From positions 1 to 57,397 of the forward strand of contig JAJEGO010000016.1 in NCBI GenBank assembly GCA_022819805.1: a stretch of 57,397 bases of DNA. The letters run 5' to 3'. A program made the position numbers and the translations under genes. The first letter of the stretch is position 1; every line of letters starts with the position of its first letter. This document shows, in pieces, positions 1 to 9,619 of this stretch. This stretch comes from Candidatus Dadabacteria bacterium. GTDB taxonomy: Bacteria; Desulfobacterota_D; UBA1144; Nemesobacterales; Nemesobacteraceae. The notes under the pieces were generated by a model. The model was not told the origin of the DNA. It saw nothing but the letters and a program-made list of their open reading frames with translations, and did not search any database.

Positions 1-692
1 CAGAGCTCTATTGCTCCTGATTCATCCCCAGGCACTTGCGGACATTCTTCCGATTCCTTTATTTCTTTCGCCAGTTGGGATATGTACTCGCCGCGGTAGC
101 CGTCTTCCGGAAGTTCTCTTGTGAGTCCGAATAAGCTCACAAGAGACGAGTACACCGATTCGCCGAGCATGTCCATCTGCCTGCCGGCGTCATTTATGTA
201 GAATTCCCTGGTAATCTCGTATCCGCAAAAGGAAAGCATCCTGCACACCGAATCTCCGACAACGGCGTTTCGCGCGTGACCGAAGTGAAGGTAGCCCGTG
301 GGATTGGCGCTTACAAATTCGACTATTATCTTCTGCCCTGAACCCTCGCTGGATGCCCCGTAGCGCCCGCCGAGACGGAGAATCTCGCGAAGACCCGATT
401 CAAGCAGGGTTTCATTGACGAAGAAATTGATGAATCCCGGTCCCGCTATATCAAGCCTTTCTATGAAACCGCAGTGGAGCCCCTCTATGGCTTTGACTAT
501 CTGTTGTGCGACTTCGCGTGGATTCCCGCCTGTCATGCTTCCTATGACGAGCGCCGCGTTCGTGGAGAAATCGCCGAATTCCTTTTTTTTCGGCACCGAC
601 ACCTCAAATTCCACATCGTTCCCCGTGGGGATTCCGGGAAACGCAAGCGAATCCAAGGATTCTTTTATCACTTTCAGTATCTCTTCTTTCAT
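1..692 (-). CDS. argS: Arginyl-tRNA synthetase, N-terminal part (runs off the window edge)
   Basis: Manual minus-strand translation from ATG at 692: MKEEILKVIKES...EFGDFSTNAAL...IAGPGFINF...IIVEFVSANPTGYLHFGHARNAVVGD...EFYINDAGRQ. This includes the ArgRS N-domain and HIGH-like motif. Absent from the ORF track because there is no stop in the window. Confidence 0.95.
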   Translation of the reverse strand, partial: MKEEILKVIKESLDSLAFPGIPTGNDVEFEVSVPKKKEFGDFSTNAALVIGSMTGGNPREVAQQIVKAIEGLHCGFIERLDIAGPGFINFFVNETLLESGLREILRLGGRYGASSEGSGQKIIVEFVSANPTGYLHFGHARNAVVGDSVCRMLSFCGYEITREFYINDAGRQMDMLGESVYSSLVSLFGLTRELPEDGYRGEYISQLAKEIKESEECPQVPGDESGAIEL

Positions 693-710
693 GAGTCTTA
701 GCGCCCCGAT

Positions 711-1325
711 TTACTCACCGCAGGAGCACAGGTGATCAATATCGTTAAAGGATATTATAACGAACCTGTCGTCGTATATTTCAACGATGCTTTTTGAGGC
801 TTCATCCACTATGTAGTCACGCAATTTTTTAAGCGGGCTTCCGGTAAAACTGCAGAACAGCGTACCTATAACCATATTGTGGCTTGCGACCACTATGTTC
901 TGCGACCCGAAGCGGCTTCTGATGTCCGCTATGGCGTCAAGGGCCCTTTGCTGAACGCCCCTTAATGACTCTCCGCCCGGCAGCTGCAAGGTATCGGGGT
1001 CCTTGCGCCAGTGCTCGAGCACGTCGGGATATTTTTCCTGTATGTAGGAGAAATCAAGACCTTCGAAAATTCCCTGATTCATCTCCCGAAGATCATCCCT
1101 GATATTAACGTCAATAGAGTGATACTCGGCGATTTTCTCAGCGGTCACCTTCGCCCTTACGAGGTTGCTTGAGTATATGAGATCGATCTTTTCGTCTTTG
1201 AGGGAGAAAGCCAGTTTCTCGGCCTGCTCAATTCCGGCGGAGTTAAGCGGAACGTCGCTTATCCCCTGGCATCTTCCGGTTTCGTTCCAGTCAGTTTTTC
1301 CGTGTCTTACGAGTATCAGGCGCAT
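711..1325 (-). CDS. Histidine phosphatase (PGM/CobC-like) family protein
   Basis: N-terminal LVRHGKTDWN motif, SNLVRA, LREMNQG, GGES, and a late His (ASH). Confidence 0.88.
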   Translation of the reverse strand: MRLILVRHGKTDWNETGRCQGISDVPLNSAGIEQAEKLAFSLKDEKIDLIYSSNLVRAKVTAEKIAEYHSIDVNIRDDLREMNQGIFEGLDFSYIQEKYPDVLEHWRKDPDTLQLPGGESLRGVQQRALDAIADIRSRFGSQNIVVASHNMVIGTLFCSFTGSPLKKLRDYIVDEASKSIVEIYDDRFVIISFNDIDHLCSCGE

Positions 1326-1331
1326 GATCGT

Positions 1332-2207
1332 TCACTTCTTGGTTTCACAGGAGATAATAAAGAATTCCGATTTTATCCTGTCCCTCAACTCAGTTGGCGG
1401 AACGGGAAGCGGCGAAGCAGCGTTTACGGCCTTTATGCAGTAAGAATCAAACTTCTCGTTTCCGGAGCTTCTCTCTATCCCGACATCGTATACTTCGCCG
1501 TTTTCCCTCATGTAAAAATTCACCTGGGCCGTGAGAAAGGCGCTTGAGTCTATGTTAGGGAGCAGGAACAGGTTTCTCTGTATCCGTTTCGATATTGTCC
1601 TGTAATAAACGTCAAGCACAAGCGAGATGATTCCGGGGCCGGGCTCTTTGGAAGCCGGCTGGGCCGATGTCCCTGCTGTTTTCTTGATGCTCTTTAGGAC
1701 GGATTCTTTTTTTATATCCCTGATCACTTCTTTTTTCCCCAGTTCCATAGAGCCTTCCTCGGCGGGAGGTGACTCCTTCTGTGTTTCGGGTTCTGTTTTC
1801 CGCGCGGATTCTTGAGCGGCTGTCTCCTTGGGGGGTTTTTCCGGTTTTTTCTGCTTCTCAGGGGGTTTTGTTTGCGTCTGGGAAGCTTTGGGGGATTGCT
1901 GCTTTTTCACTGCGGGCTTGGGCGAAGGCTCTTTTTTCTTCTCGGGGGACTTTGCCTGTGCCGGGGGAGCTTTTTTGACTTTCTTCTTTGCGCTTTTTTT
2001 CGGCTTTTGTGGACGGCTGGGAGCTTTTACATCTGACTTTTTCTTGTTGACGCGCGGAGCGTGGGTCGAGAGCGACACTTCTATTGAACTCTCTGGGGAA
2101 ACTTCCCCGTGTCCTCCCACTCCCAGAGCAAGCAGACAGACTATGAGCAGATGAAGACCCAGAGAAATGAAAAGCCCTCTGCGAAATAGATTCTCTCCTC
2201 CCTTCAT
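1332..2207 (-). CDS. tolA: TolA/TonB-family energy transducer
   Basis: N-terminal TM with SxxLH (ISLGLHLL), Lys/Pro-rich linker and TonB_C-like C-domain (SSGNEKFD...AVNAASPLPVPP). Lies downstream of tolQ-tolR. Confidence 0.8.
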   Translation of the reverse strand: MKGGENLFRRGLFISLGLHLLIVCLLALGVGGHGEVSPESSIEVSLSTHAPRVNKKKSDVKAPSRPQKPKKSAKKKVKKAPPAQAKSPEKKKEPSPKPAVKKQQSPKASQTQTKPPEKQKKPEKPPKETAAQESARKTEPETQKESPPAEEGSMELGKKEVIRDIKKESVLKSIKKTAGTSAQPASKEPGPGIISLVLDVYYRTISKRIQRNLFLLPNIDSSAFLTAQVNFYMRENGEVYDVGIERSSGNEKFDSYCIKAVNAASPLPVPPTELRDRIKSEFFIISCETKK

Positions 2208-2223
2208 CTTTTTACATGTCCGC

Positions 2224-2667
2224 TTATTTGTCCCTGATGTTTTTTGACTCCGTGACGAGGCTTAGCTTCTGGACGCCGGTTTTTTTGATCTCGTCTATAA
2301 CCTTTACAACGGATTCGTACTTGACCGACTTATCGGCTCTGAGGAAAACCCGCCCGTCCTCAGGCGTGGTTCCCTCCGCTTTCATCAGTTTGCCGAGAGC
2401 GGTGGCGACTTGGGAGAGCGGATAGCTGGTGTCTTCGAGAAATATCTTCCCGGACCCGGTCAGGGTCACGGTTATTCTTTTCTGGTTTTTCACGGGGATT
2501 TTAGAAGACGCCGTTTGCGGGAGACTTACCTTGATCCCCTGATAAAGGATGGGAGTGGTGACCATGAAAATAACCAGGAGAACCAGCATTACGTCAACAA
2601 AGGGAGTGACGTTTATCTCGGAGAGGACCGACCTGCGTGAGCCTGTATTGAATTTTCCTGCAGCCAT
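2224..2667 (-). CDS. tolR: TolR/ExbD
   Basis: SEINVTPFVDVMLVLLVIFMVT and LRADKSVKY motifs. Confidence 0.9.
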   Translation of the reverse strand: MAAGKFNTGSRRSVLSEINVTPFVDVMLVLLVIFMVTTPILYQGIKVSLPQTASSKIPVKNQKRITVTLTGSGKIFLEDTSYPLSQVATALGKLMKAEGTTPEDGRVFLRADKSVKYESVVKVIDEIKKTGVQKLSLVTESKNIRDK

Positions 2668-2683
2668 GAGGCGAAATTTCCCG

Positions 2684-3400
2684 CTACCTGTTTAGATACC
2701 TCTCCGCCGTGTTGAGAAATCCGGCGCAGAAGTTCTCCATTTCCACTTCCATCGCTCTTACCTGGCTGACAAAGTAGTTATAGGCTACTGTGGCAGGAAT
2801 GGCGGCCGCAAGACCTATTGCGGTCGCTATAAGCGCCTCCGCGATTCCCGGAGCCACGACCTCAAGCGAGGGAACCCCTTTGTTTCCCGCGAGTCCTATG
2901 AAGGAGTTCATGATGCCCCACACGGTTCCGAACAATCCTATGAACGGAGCGGAACTTCCGGTGGTTGCGAGAAAAACCAGAGACTTCTCGAGTTTTGAGG
3001 CCTCCGCGGTCATCGCCCTGTTAAGCGCCCTCTCCACCAGGTCTACGGATTCGGCGCGAGAAGAAATATCCCCGTTCTGCTGAGAGTCGGGTTCGCCCCG
3101 GCTTTTCTTCTTCTCCGTTTTCACCACTTCCGCGTAGCCCGCCCTGAAAAGCTCGGCAACCGGACCGCCGACTTTCTCCGAGAAGGAAAGAAGCGCCCTC
3201 ATGTCTTCGTTTGAATGATAAAGGTTGAGAAACGCGGCTGATTTCTTGGAAGAACTTCTCAGAAGACGGAATTTTGTGTAGATAATCGCCCAGGAAAAAA
3301 CGGACATGAAGATTAAAAGCAGAAGCACGGCCTTGACCACAGGCCCGGTGCTAACAAGCAGTATTAATATGTTGTTTGTTCCTTCCGTGAACAGATTCAT
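2684..3400 (-). CDS. tolQ: TolQ/ExbB/MotA proton channel
   Basis: LATTGSSAPFIGLFGTVWGIM and VAPGIAEALIATAIGLAAAIPA motifs. Confidence 0.92.
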   Translation of the reverse strand: MNLFTEGTNNILILLVSTGPVVKAVLLLLIFMSVFSWAIIYTKFRLLRSSSKKSAAFLNLYHSNEDMRALLSFSEKVGGPVAELFRAGYAEVVKTEKKKSRGEPDSQQNGDISSRAESVDLVERALNRAMTAEASKLEKSLVFLATTGSSAPFIGLFGTVWGIMNSFIGLAGNKGVPSLEVVAPGIAEALIATAIGLAAAIPATVAYNYFVSQVRAMEVEMENFCAGFLNTAERYLNR

Positions 3401-3654
3401 CAGGGGCGCTTAGGCGAAATTCAAAAATTCCGGTTCCGTCGGTAAATCCTCAAGCTATGTCGCGGGCGGCAGGCGGTCGGATAACCTAATGCCGAGCGAA
3501 AAGATAACCGCCAATAGAAATCAGACAGGAAACCTTAATCATAATATTATACCCGTTTTGGGGAATTAAACATCACCCTGCTGTCAGGTACAATTGAAAA
3601 ACGGAGTCAAGTTCGAGAACATCCGTCAGTACAGTTCTTAATGGAGGAATCAAA

Positions 3655-4101
3655 GTGTTAAGAAAACATTGCTTCCCGGCAGTTTTTATCCTGATTATCT
3701 TCCTCGTGACTGCCTCGGCGGTTCGCGCGGAGGAGGATAGATACACAATCGTGGTGGAAGAGAGCTTCTATACCGTGGCGCCCGAGAACCGCGAGGAGTT
3801 TCTCAGGGTGTACAGAACGCGTCTTTTTCCTTTCTGGCAGGAGATGAAAAAGATGGGTATCACCGTTGACGATTACAGGATGTATTCACAGAGGATACAT
3901 ACCATAAAGCCGCTTTGGACCTACAAGACCGTGGTAAAATTCAAAAACTACGCGGCGATAGACAGGTGGCTTGAGGTGAGGGACGAGGTATACGGGAAAT
4001 TGTTTCCCGGAGAGAAGGGTTACAAGGAACCGAGGAAGATAATAGACTCAATTTCCGGGAACCACTGGGACGAGTTCATAAGGGAAATCCCCCTTGACTG
4101 A
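3655..4101 (+). CDS. Secreted hypothetical protein, possibly dimeric alpha+beta barrel (NIPSNAP-like)
   Basis: GGAGG SD before GTG, signal peptide ending VRA-E, and the only sizeable ORF in the gap between tolQ and ruvB. The fold call is an impression. Confidence 0.7.
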   Translation: MLRKHCFPAVFILIIFLVTASAVRAEEDRYTIVVEESFYTVAPENREEFLRVYRTRLFPFWQEMKKMGITVDDYRMYSQRIHTIKPLWTYKTVVKFKNYAAIDRWLEVRDEVYGKLFPGEKGYKEPRKIIDSISGNHWDEFIREIPLD

Positions 4102-4124
4102 ATGTTTTCAGATTGTTGTGCGGA

Positions 4125-5150
4125 TCAGAGAAGTTTTGGCTGACCCTCGCTCGTGCTGAGTCCCATGTGCCTGTATGCAAGCTGCGTAGCCTTTCTTCCC
4201 CTGGGAGTTTTCTCCACAAGCCCCTCCCTTATAAGGAAGGGTTCGTAGACGTTCTCTATTGTATCTTTCTCTTCGCTCACCGCGGCCGAGATGGTGTCTA
4301 TTCCCACAGGACCGCCCCCGAATTTCTCGATTATCGCGGTGAGTATCGCCCTGTCAAGATTGTCAAGACCCATTGAATCGATCTCAAGCATCGAGAGCGC
4401 GTCCTGAACCACGGGTTCGGTTATACGCCCGTCCGATTTCATCTCCGCATAGTCTCTTACTCTTTTAAGAAGCCTGTTGGCTATCCTCGGAGTCCCCCTG
4501 GCTCTCGAGGTCATCTCGCGCGCGCCTTCGTCCGTTATCTCGACTCCAAGAATCCCGGAGGATCTTTTCACTATGCTTGAGAGTTCTTCCGCGCTGTAGT
4601 AATCAAGCCTGAGTTCGACTCCGAAGCGGGAGCGGAACGGAGAGGTGAGAAGTCCCGTTCTGGTCGTCGCTCCTATGAGCGTGAACCTCTCGAGGTTTAT
4701 TTTCACTGATCTCGCAGTTGGACCTTCTCCTATCATGAGGTCGATGGTGAAATCCTCCATAGCGGAATAGAGATATTCCTCGACGACCCTGTTTATCCTG
4801 TGTATTTCATCAACGAAAAGCACGTCCTTTTCTCCCAGGTTGGTAAGCATGGAAGCAAGATCTCCCGTTCTTTCGAGAACCGGCCCCGAGGTGAGATGCA
4901 GCCCCACCCCCAATTCGTTTGCGAATATGTGGGCGAGGGTGGTTTTTCCAAGTCCCGGGGGACCGGAGAGAAGGACGTGATCGAGGGCCTCGCCTCTTGC
5001 CTTGGCGGCGCCGATGAATATGGCGACCTGTTCCTTTACGCTCGGCTGCCCGATAAAGTCCCGAAGAAAAGCGGGACGAAGATTTACGTCCGTAAGCTCG
5101 TCTGTTTCCGTGTATTCAGGCGAAACGGTCTTTCTCGTGTCCTGTGTCAT
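4125..5150 (-). CDS. ruvB: Holliday junction helicase RuvB
   Basis: [34 protein letters not shown] and [11 protein letters not shown] motifs. Confidence 0.98.
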   Translation of the reverse strand: MTQDTRKTVSPEYTETDELTDVNLRPAFLRDFIGQPSVKEQVAIFIGAAKARGEALDHVLLSGPPGLGKTTLAHIFANELGVGLHLTSGPVLERTGDLASMLTNLGEKDVLFVDEIHRINRVVEEYLYSAMEDFTIDLMIGEGPTARSVKINLERFTLIGATTRTGLLTSPFRSRFGVELRLDYYSAEELSSIVKRSSGILGVEITDEGAREMTSRARGTPRIANRLLKRVRDYAEMKSDGRITEPVVQDALSMLEIDSMGLDNLDRAILTAIIEKFGGGPVGIDTISAAVSEEKDTIENVYEPFLIREGLVEKTPRGRKATQLAYRHMGLSTSEGQPKLL

Positions 5151-5735
5151 CTAGTTTCTGATTACCTTGAGAGAATCCCGAAGCGCATCCTCTATGGAAC
5201 CCGAGATCTCGATGATTTTTTTGATCTCGGGGGTTTTCTTTTCCACCTCGGCCCTAGTGTAACCCAGGTTAAGCAGGGCGGAAATCGTGTCGTTAAGCAT
5301 GGTGCTTGATCTAGGAGACTCTTCGTCCGCAGCGAGATCTTCAAGCTTGTCCTTAAGCTCGTTTACTATCTTGGTAGCGGTTCTGGCGCCGATCCCACGG
5401 ATTTTTTTCTGTGCCAGGTCCCCGTTTATTACGGATCTTACGAGTTCCGAAACGGAAATGTTTGAAAGCACGTTCGTGGCCGCTTTTGGTCCTATTCCGG
5501 AAACGCCGATGAGTTTTTCAAAGAGTTTTCTCTCCGCTTCGGTGAGAAACCCGAACAGCTCAATGCTGTTTTCCCTCTGGCTTGTATGTATTTTGAGTTC
5601 GACTTTCTCCCCCACGGCTCCGAGATCATAATAAGTCGAAAGCGGAACCGTAACTCCGTAACCGACCCCGTTTACGTCAATGACGACGGTCCCGATTTCC
5701 TTACAAGCGATTTCGCCTCTAAGCAGATAGATCAT
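5151..5735 (-). CDS. ruvA: Holliday junction DNA-binding protein RuvA
   Basis: DVNGVGY, LFGF, VSGIGPKAA, ALLNLGY motifs. Between ruvC and ruvB. Confidence 0.96.
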   Translation of the reverse strand: MIYLLRGEIACKEIGTVVIDVNGVGYGVTVPLSTYYDLGAVGEKVELKIHTSQRENSIELFGFLTEAERKLFEKLIGVSGIGPKAATNVLSNISVSELVRSVINGDLAQKKIRGIGARTATKIVNELKDKLEDLAADEESPRSSTMLNDTISALLNLGYTRAEVEKKTPEIKKIIEISGSIEDALRDSLKVIRN

Positions 5736-6285
5736 TTACGGTGAATCTCTTTTTCCTGCGCCGGCTTCCTGCGCTGCCCACAGTGCCGTCCGGCAGTCCG
5801 TATTTTGAAAGACTTAGGTGGCAGATCGCAATCGCGAGCGCGTCCGACTCGTCCGTGCTTTGAAATTCGCTGACCCCCAGCATGTAGGAAAGCATTTTCT
5901 GAATCTCTTCCTTGCCCGCCCTTCCTCTACCGGTCAGGGCGAGTTTTACCCTCGTGGGCGCGTACTCGCTTACGGGAATTCCTCTTTGCGCAGCCGCCAG
6001 GATCGCTATCCCCCTTGACTGGCCGAGTTTTATGGCGCTTCTCGCGTTTTTGGCGAAAAACATTTCCTCGACCGATACGACCGAGGGAGAGTAATCGTCA
6101 ATTACCCTCAGAATCCCGACGTAGATGTCGTTCAGTCTTTCGGAAGCGGAATTTCCGGGTGCAGGAGTGATTGTTCCACTGGTCACGTAGCTTAACCGGT
6201 TTCCCGCGCCGTCAACGATTCCGTAGCCGCAGGATCTTGATCCGGGGTCGATTCCCATGACCCTGGTGTCGGAGTTGTTATCCAA
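5719..6285 (-). CDS. ruvC: Crossover junction endodeoxyribonuclease RuvC
   Basis: MGIDPGS...[17 protein letters not shown] and [12 protein letters not shown] motifs. Confidence 0.96.
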   Translation of the reverse strand: MDNNSDTRVMGIDPGSRSCGYGIVDGAGNRLSYVTSGTITPAPGNSASERLNDIYVGILRVIDDYSPSVVSVEEMFFAKNARSAIKLGQSRGIAILAAAQRGIPVSEYAPTRVKLALTGRGRAGKEEIQKMLSYMLGVSEFQSTDESDALAIAICHLSLSKYGLPDGTVGSAGSRRRKKRFTVNDLSA

Positions 6286-7024
6286 TTGCCTCGAGTAACT
6301 GCTCGTCTATATCGAAGTTGGCGTACACGTTCTGAACGTCGTCGCTGTCTTCAAGCGCTTCCATCAGCCTTATCATGTGCTCGGCCTCACGTCCTTCGAT
6401 TCTAACGTTTGTCTGCGGTATCATGGTGACTTCGGCCGACTCGTACTGTATTCCGGCGTCGGAGACCGCCCTCTTTACGACTTCATAGCTGTCCGTCGGT
6501 GTTATCACCACTATCTCGCTGTCCTCGGTACGCACGTCGTCGGCTCCCGCGTCTATAACCAGGTCGAAAAGCGCATCCTCATCGACCGAGTCTCCCGCAA
6601 ACGCGATTCTTCCCTTAAGATCGAACATCCACGCAACGCAGCCGTTCTCCCCGAGCCCCCCGCCGTGTTTGGTGAATATTCTCCTTATTTCAGAGACGGT
6701 CCTGTTTCTGTTGTCAGTAAGGGTTTTTACGTATACGGCGCTTCCGCCGGGTCCGTATCCTTCGTAAAATATCTCGTTGTAGACTACTCCCTCGATGTCT
6801 CCCGTGCCCCGTTTTATGGCCCTGTCGATCGTGTCGTTGGGCATGTTGGCGCCTTTAGCGCTCGCTACGGCGGTGCGGAGACGCGGATTGGATTCCGTAT
6901 CGCTTCCTCCTTCCTTAGCGGCGACCGTAAGCTCCCTTATGAGCTTGGTGAATATCTTTCCCCTCTTGGCGTCAACCGCGGCTTTTCTGTGTTTTATGTT
7001 TGCCCATTTGGAATGGCCTGCCAT
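6278..7024 (-). CDS. yebC: YebC/PmpR family protein
   Basis: [22 protein letters not shown] and [14 protein letters not shown] motifs. Confidence 0.97.
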   Translation of the reverse strand: MAGHSKWANIKHRKAAVDAKRGKIFTKLIRELTVAAKEGGSDTESNPRLRTAVASAKGANMPNDTIDRAIKRGTGDIEGVVYNEIFYEGYGPGGSAVYVKTLTDNRNRTVSEIRRIFTKHGGGLGENGCVAWMFDLKGRIAFAGDSVDEDALFDLVIDAGADDVRTEDSEIVVITPTDSYEVVKRAVSDAGIQYESAEVTMIPQTNVRIEGREAEHMIRLMEALEDSDDVQNVYANFDIDEQLLEAIG

Positions 7025-7157
7025 CTTAGCTCACCCCCGTTGTTTCTCTGTTTCCGTGTATTTTCGCATAAAGTATAACCGAAAATTCCCTAAAATTGCC
7101 ACAGCGCTTCGAAAACTCCCCGCTGCGGGCGGGAAGCGCCGCTGAGACCGAAACCTC

Positions 7158-7187
7158 TTGACATTTTTTTTCATTCGTGTATTTACT
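7158..7187 (+). promoter_or_regulatory. Putative sigma70 promoter P1 upstream of rho
   Basis: TTGACA at 7158-7163 followed after 18 nt by TTTACT. Confidence 0.45.
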
Positions 7188-7316
7188 AAAGGCAGTTCCA
7201 ACCGCAGGGTTCTAGGTGTTAAATACGCTTGTCAGGCGGAAGCGGGGTTCTCATGGAAAGGTGGTGTGGGTTTTCTGCGGAGCAGGCTTTTCTCTTGGCA
7301 AGTTCGATTTTAGATG

Positions 7317-7345
7317 TTGACAAGCTCTTTACGCGGCAATACTAT
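7317..7345 (+). promoter_or_regulatory. Putative sigma70 promoter P2 for rho
   Basis: TTGACA (7317-7322), 17 nt, TACTAT (7340-7345). Confidence 0.65.
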
Positions 7346-7485
7346 TAATTGTATTGGTTGTACTGATTTTTCACTTTGAACTCTTAACGCGCGAGATTGT
7401 CGCATTCCTGACACTTCAAAAGATTTCGATTATTTTTTGAACCAAAAAATTTAACAATACCTTTTAATTCAAGGAGTTTTACCGT

Positions 7486-8811
7486 ATGGCAAAAGTCTCT
7501 AAAGCGGAAGCTGCCGACGCTGTCCAGAAGAAAGGGGAGCAGAAAAACGGAAACGGCAAGCTGCTTTACCTGAACGATCTCAGGGCTAAAAAGCCCTCGG
7601 ACCTGATAAAACTTAGCAGGCAGGCCGGTATTGAAGATACCGCCAGAATGGCAAAACAGGACCTTATCTATTCCTTGCTCAAGGCACAGAGTGAAAGCCA
7701 TGGTTCCATAATAGCCGAAGGGGTGCTTGAAATTCTGGCCGAAGGTTATGGTTTCCTGAGGTCTCCCAAATACAGCTATCTGCCTAGCCCGGACGACATA
7801 TACGTTTCGAAGTCCCAGATAAGATCTTTCAGCCTGAAAACCGGGGACACCATAAAAGGCCTTGTGAGGCTCCCTAGAGAAGGGGAGAAGAATCTGGCCC
7901 TTCTCAAAATAGAGGAGGCAAACTACGATTCTCCCGAGATATGCAGGCAGAGGACGCCTTTTGAGGGACTCATTCCCCTTCACCCGGAAGAGAAAATAGA
8001 TCTTGAATATGAAAAAGACGAGTTCTGCTCGAGGGTGATGAATCTCTTCGTGCCAGTGGGGAAGGGGCAGAGAGCCGTGATAGTGGCTCCTCCCCGCACG
8101 GGTAAGACCATAATAATCCAGAGGATAGCCAATGCGATAACCGCGAATCACCCCGAAATCGAGCTTTTCGTTCTGCTCATAGATGAGCGCCCGGAGGAGG
8201 TCACCGACATGCAGAGGTCGGTCAAGGGGGAAGTCGTGAGTTCGACTTTCGACGAGCCGGCGCAAAGACACATACAGGTCGCCGACATGGTGATCGAGAA
8301 GGCTAGAAGGTATGTTGAGCACGGAAAGGACGTGGTTATCCTGCTCGACAGCCTTACCAGGCTTGCAAGAGCGAGCAACACCGTGACTCCCGCGAGCGGG
8401 AAAGTGCTCTCCGGGGGAATAGAGGCAAACGCCCTTCAGAGACCCAAAAGATTTTTCGGAGCCGCGAGAAACACCGAGGAGGGAGGGAGCCTTACCATAA
8501 TAGCTACCGCCCTTATAGATACCGGGAGCCGCATGGACGAAGTAATCTTCGATGAGTTCAAGGGAACGGGCAACATGGAAGTGTACCTTGACCGCCGCCT
8601 TGCGGAGAGAAGAGTGTTTCCGGCCATAGATCTTCAGAGATCGGGAACTAGGAAAGAAGAGCTTCTTATCCCGGAGTCCGAGCTTAACCGCATATGGCTT
8701 CTTCGGAAAATTCTAAATCCGATGAACACTACCGAATCAATGGAATTCCTGCTTGACAAGCTTCGCGGAACGAAAAGCAATGCGGAATTCCTGAACATGA
8801 TGCACCAGTAG
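7486..8811 (+). CDS. rho: Transcription termination factor Rho
   Basis: [40 protein letters not shown] and EFKGTGNME motifs. Confidence 0.98.
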   Translation: MAKVSKAEAADAVQKKGEQKNGNGKLLYLNDLRAKKPSDLIKLSRQAGIEDTARMAKQDLIYSLLKAQSESHGSIIAEGVLEILAEGYGFLRSPKYSYLPSPDDIYVSKSQIRSFSLKTGDTIKGLVRLPREGEKNLALLKIEEANYDSPEICRQRTPFEGLIPLHPEEKIDLEYEKDEFCSRVMNLFVPVGKGQRAVIVAPPRTGKTIIIQRIANAITANHPEIELFVLLIDERPEEVTDMQRSVKGEVVSSTFDEPAQRHIQVADMVIEKARRYVEHGKDVVILLDSLTRLARASNTVTPASGKVLSGGIEANALQRPKRFFGAARNTEEGGSLTIIATALIDTGSRMDEVIFDEFKGTGNMEVYLDRRLAERRVFPAIDLQRSGTRKEELLIPESELNRIWLLRKILNPMNTTESMEFLLDKLRGTKSNAEFLNMMHQ

Positions 8812-8892
8812 TTCTGTATAGAGGGCCGGTCTCGGCCTGAAATCTTTTTGCCTTCCGGTTTTATTTCCCAGCAGAGTTTCGTAGTCAGGACA

Positions 8893-9407
8893 CATCCCGA
8901 ATCGGTGTTTTTTTTGGCCGCTTCCTATTTTTGCGGGCGGTTGTCTTTGCTGTGCTTCCGTCTGATCTGCTGCACTCTTGGATCGACAACCCTGCCCCTG
9001 CTTATCCTTAAGCCGTGTGCCGATAAATGTTGCTTGGTAATACGGAGCAACTCTTCGGATATCTTGTGCTTAGCCAGAAAGCCCCTGAATTTGCAGAGAG
9101 TGGTTTCATCCGGGATTCTCTGCATGGACACTCCGGCAAAACGGCGCATGGACTCAATGTCGTAAAGATTTTCCTCCATTGCCGGATCCGACAATCCGTA
9201 CCACTGCTGCATCAGGTAAATACGCAGCATGACCCTGGCGGGAATGGGGCGGCGCCCCTTGCGTGACTTCGGATATTCCTTGAGTATGGGTTCAAGCAGG
9301 AGTTCCCAAGGCAGCACTTCATCCATTTTTTCAAGAAACCGCTGCTTACGGGTTAACTTCTTTTTGCTTCTGTATGCTAAGTCTGAAAAACTGGGCTTAT
9401 TAACCAT
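8893..9407 (-). pseudogene. IS5-family transposase remnant (intact N-terminal ORF 8925-9407, frameshifted tail to about 8893)
   Basis: The ORF aligns by eye to the IS5 InsH N-terminus (SF.D, T R..RFL..M..VLPW, GRRP, MLRIY.MQQWY.LSD.AMEE.LY.I.SMRRFAG, PDETT...FR) up to the first catalytic Asp (VVD). A shifted frame then reads QQRQP-x12-FGM, the same spacing as QQRDP-x12-FGM recalled from IS5. No terminal IRs were found. Confidence 0.85.
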
Positions 9408-9499
9408 GACTACCTGCCTGTCGCCTCTTTATAATATTATATTACATTAATAAGGGTGCTTTAATTAGAGTTTTTCGCGCCGAAACGTCCCGAAGAGCT

Positions 9500-9578
9500 T
9501 TAGACCCGACTCAATTTTGCCAAATAAGATCGAAAACTGCATGGCGGAGTTTTCAGTGCCGAGAATTGAGTTAGACCC
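9500..9578. repeat. MITE-like 64-bp element with terminal inverted repeats and flanking direct repeats
   Basis: TTAGACCC at 9500-9507 and 9571-9578. ACTCAATT (9509-9516) and AATTGAGT (9564-9571) are inverted. Internal hairpin GAAAACT...AGTTTTC. Confidence 0.45.
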
Positions 9579-9619
9579 TCAAATCGTAGATACTTAACCC
9601 CTAGTTCTGGTGACGGAAT

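Noticed and set aside
7191-7295. Identity as SRP (4.5S) RNA, 6S RNA or tRNA
   Set aside because: It lacks the SRP CAGG-stem-GNRA-stem-AGCAG geometry, the roughly 180-nt 6S rod and a cloverleaf. Kept only as an unassigned candidate.
7384-8322. 312-aa minus-strand ORF
   Set aside because: Antisense shadow of rho.
8823-8849. GGCCG-GTCT-CGGCC hairpin after rho as a terminator
   Set aside because: Only a 5-6 bp stem, and the T-run is separated by 7 nt. Too weak to call.
9451-9468. AAGGGTGC as an IS5 terminal inverted repeat
   Set aside because: It points away from the transposase and has no partner IR at the other end.
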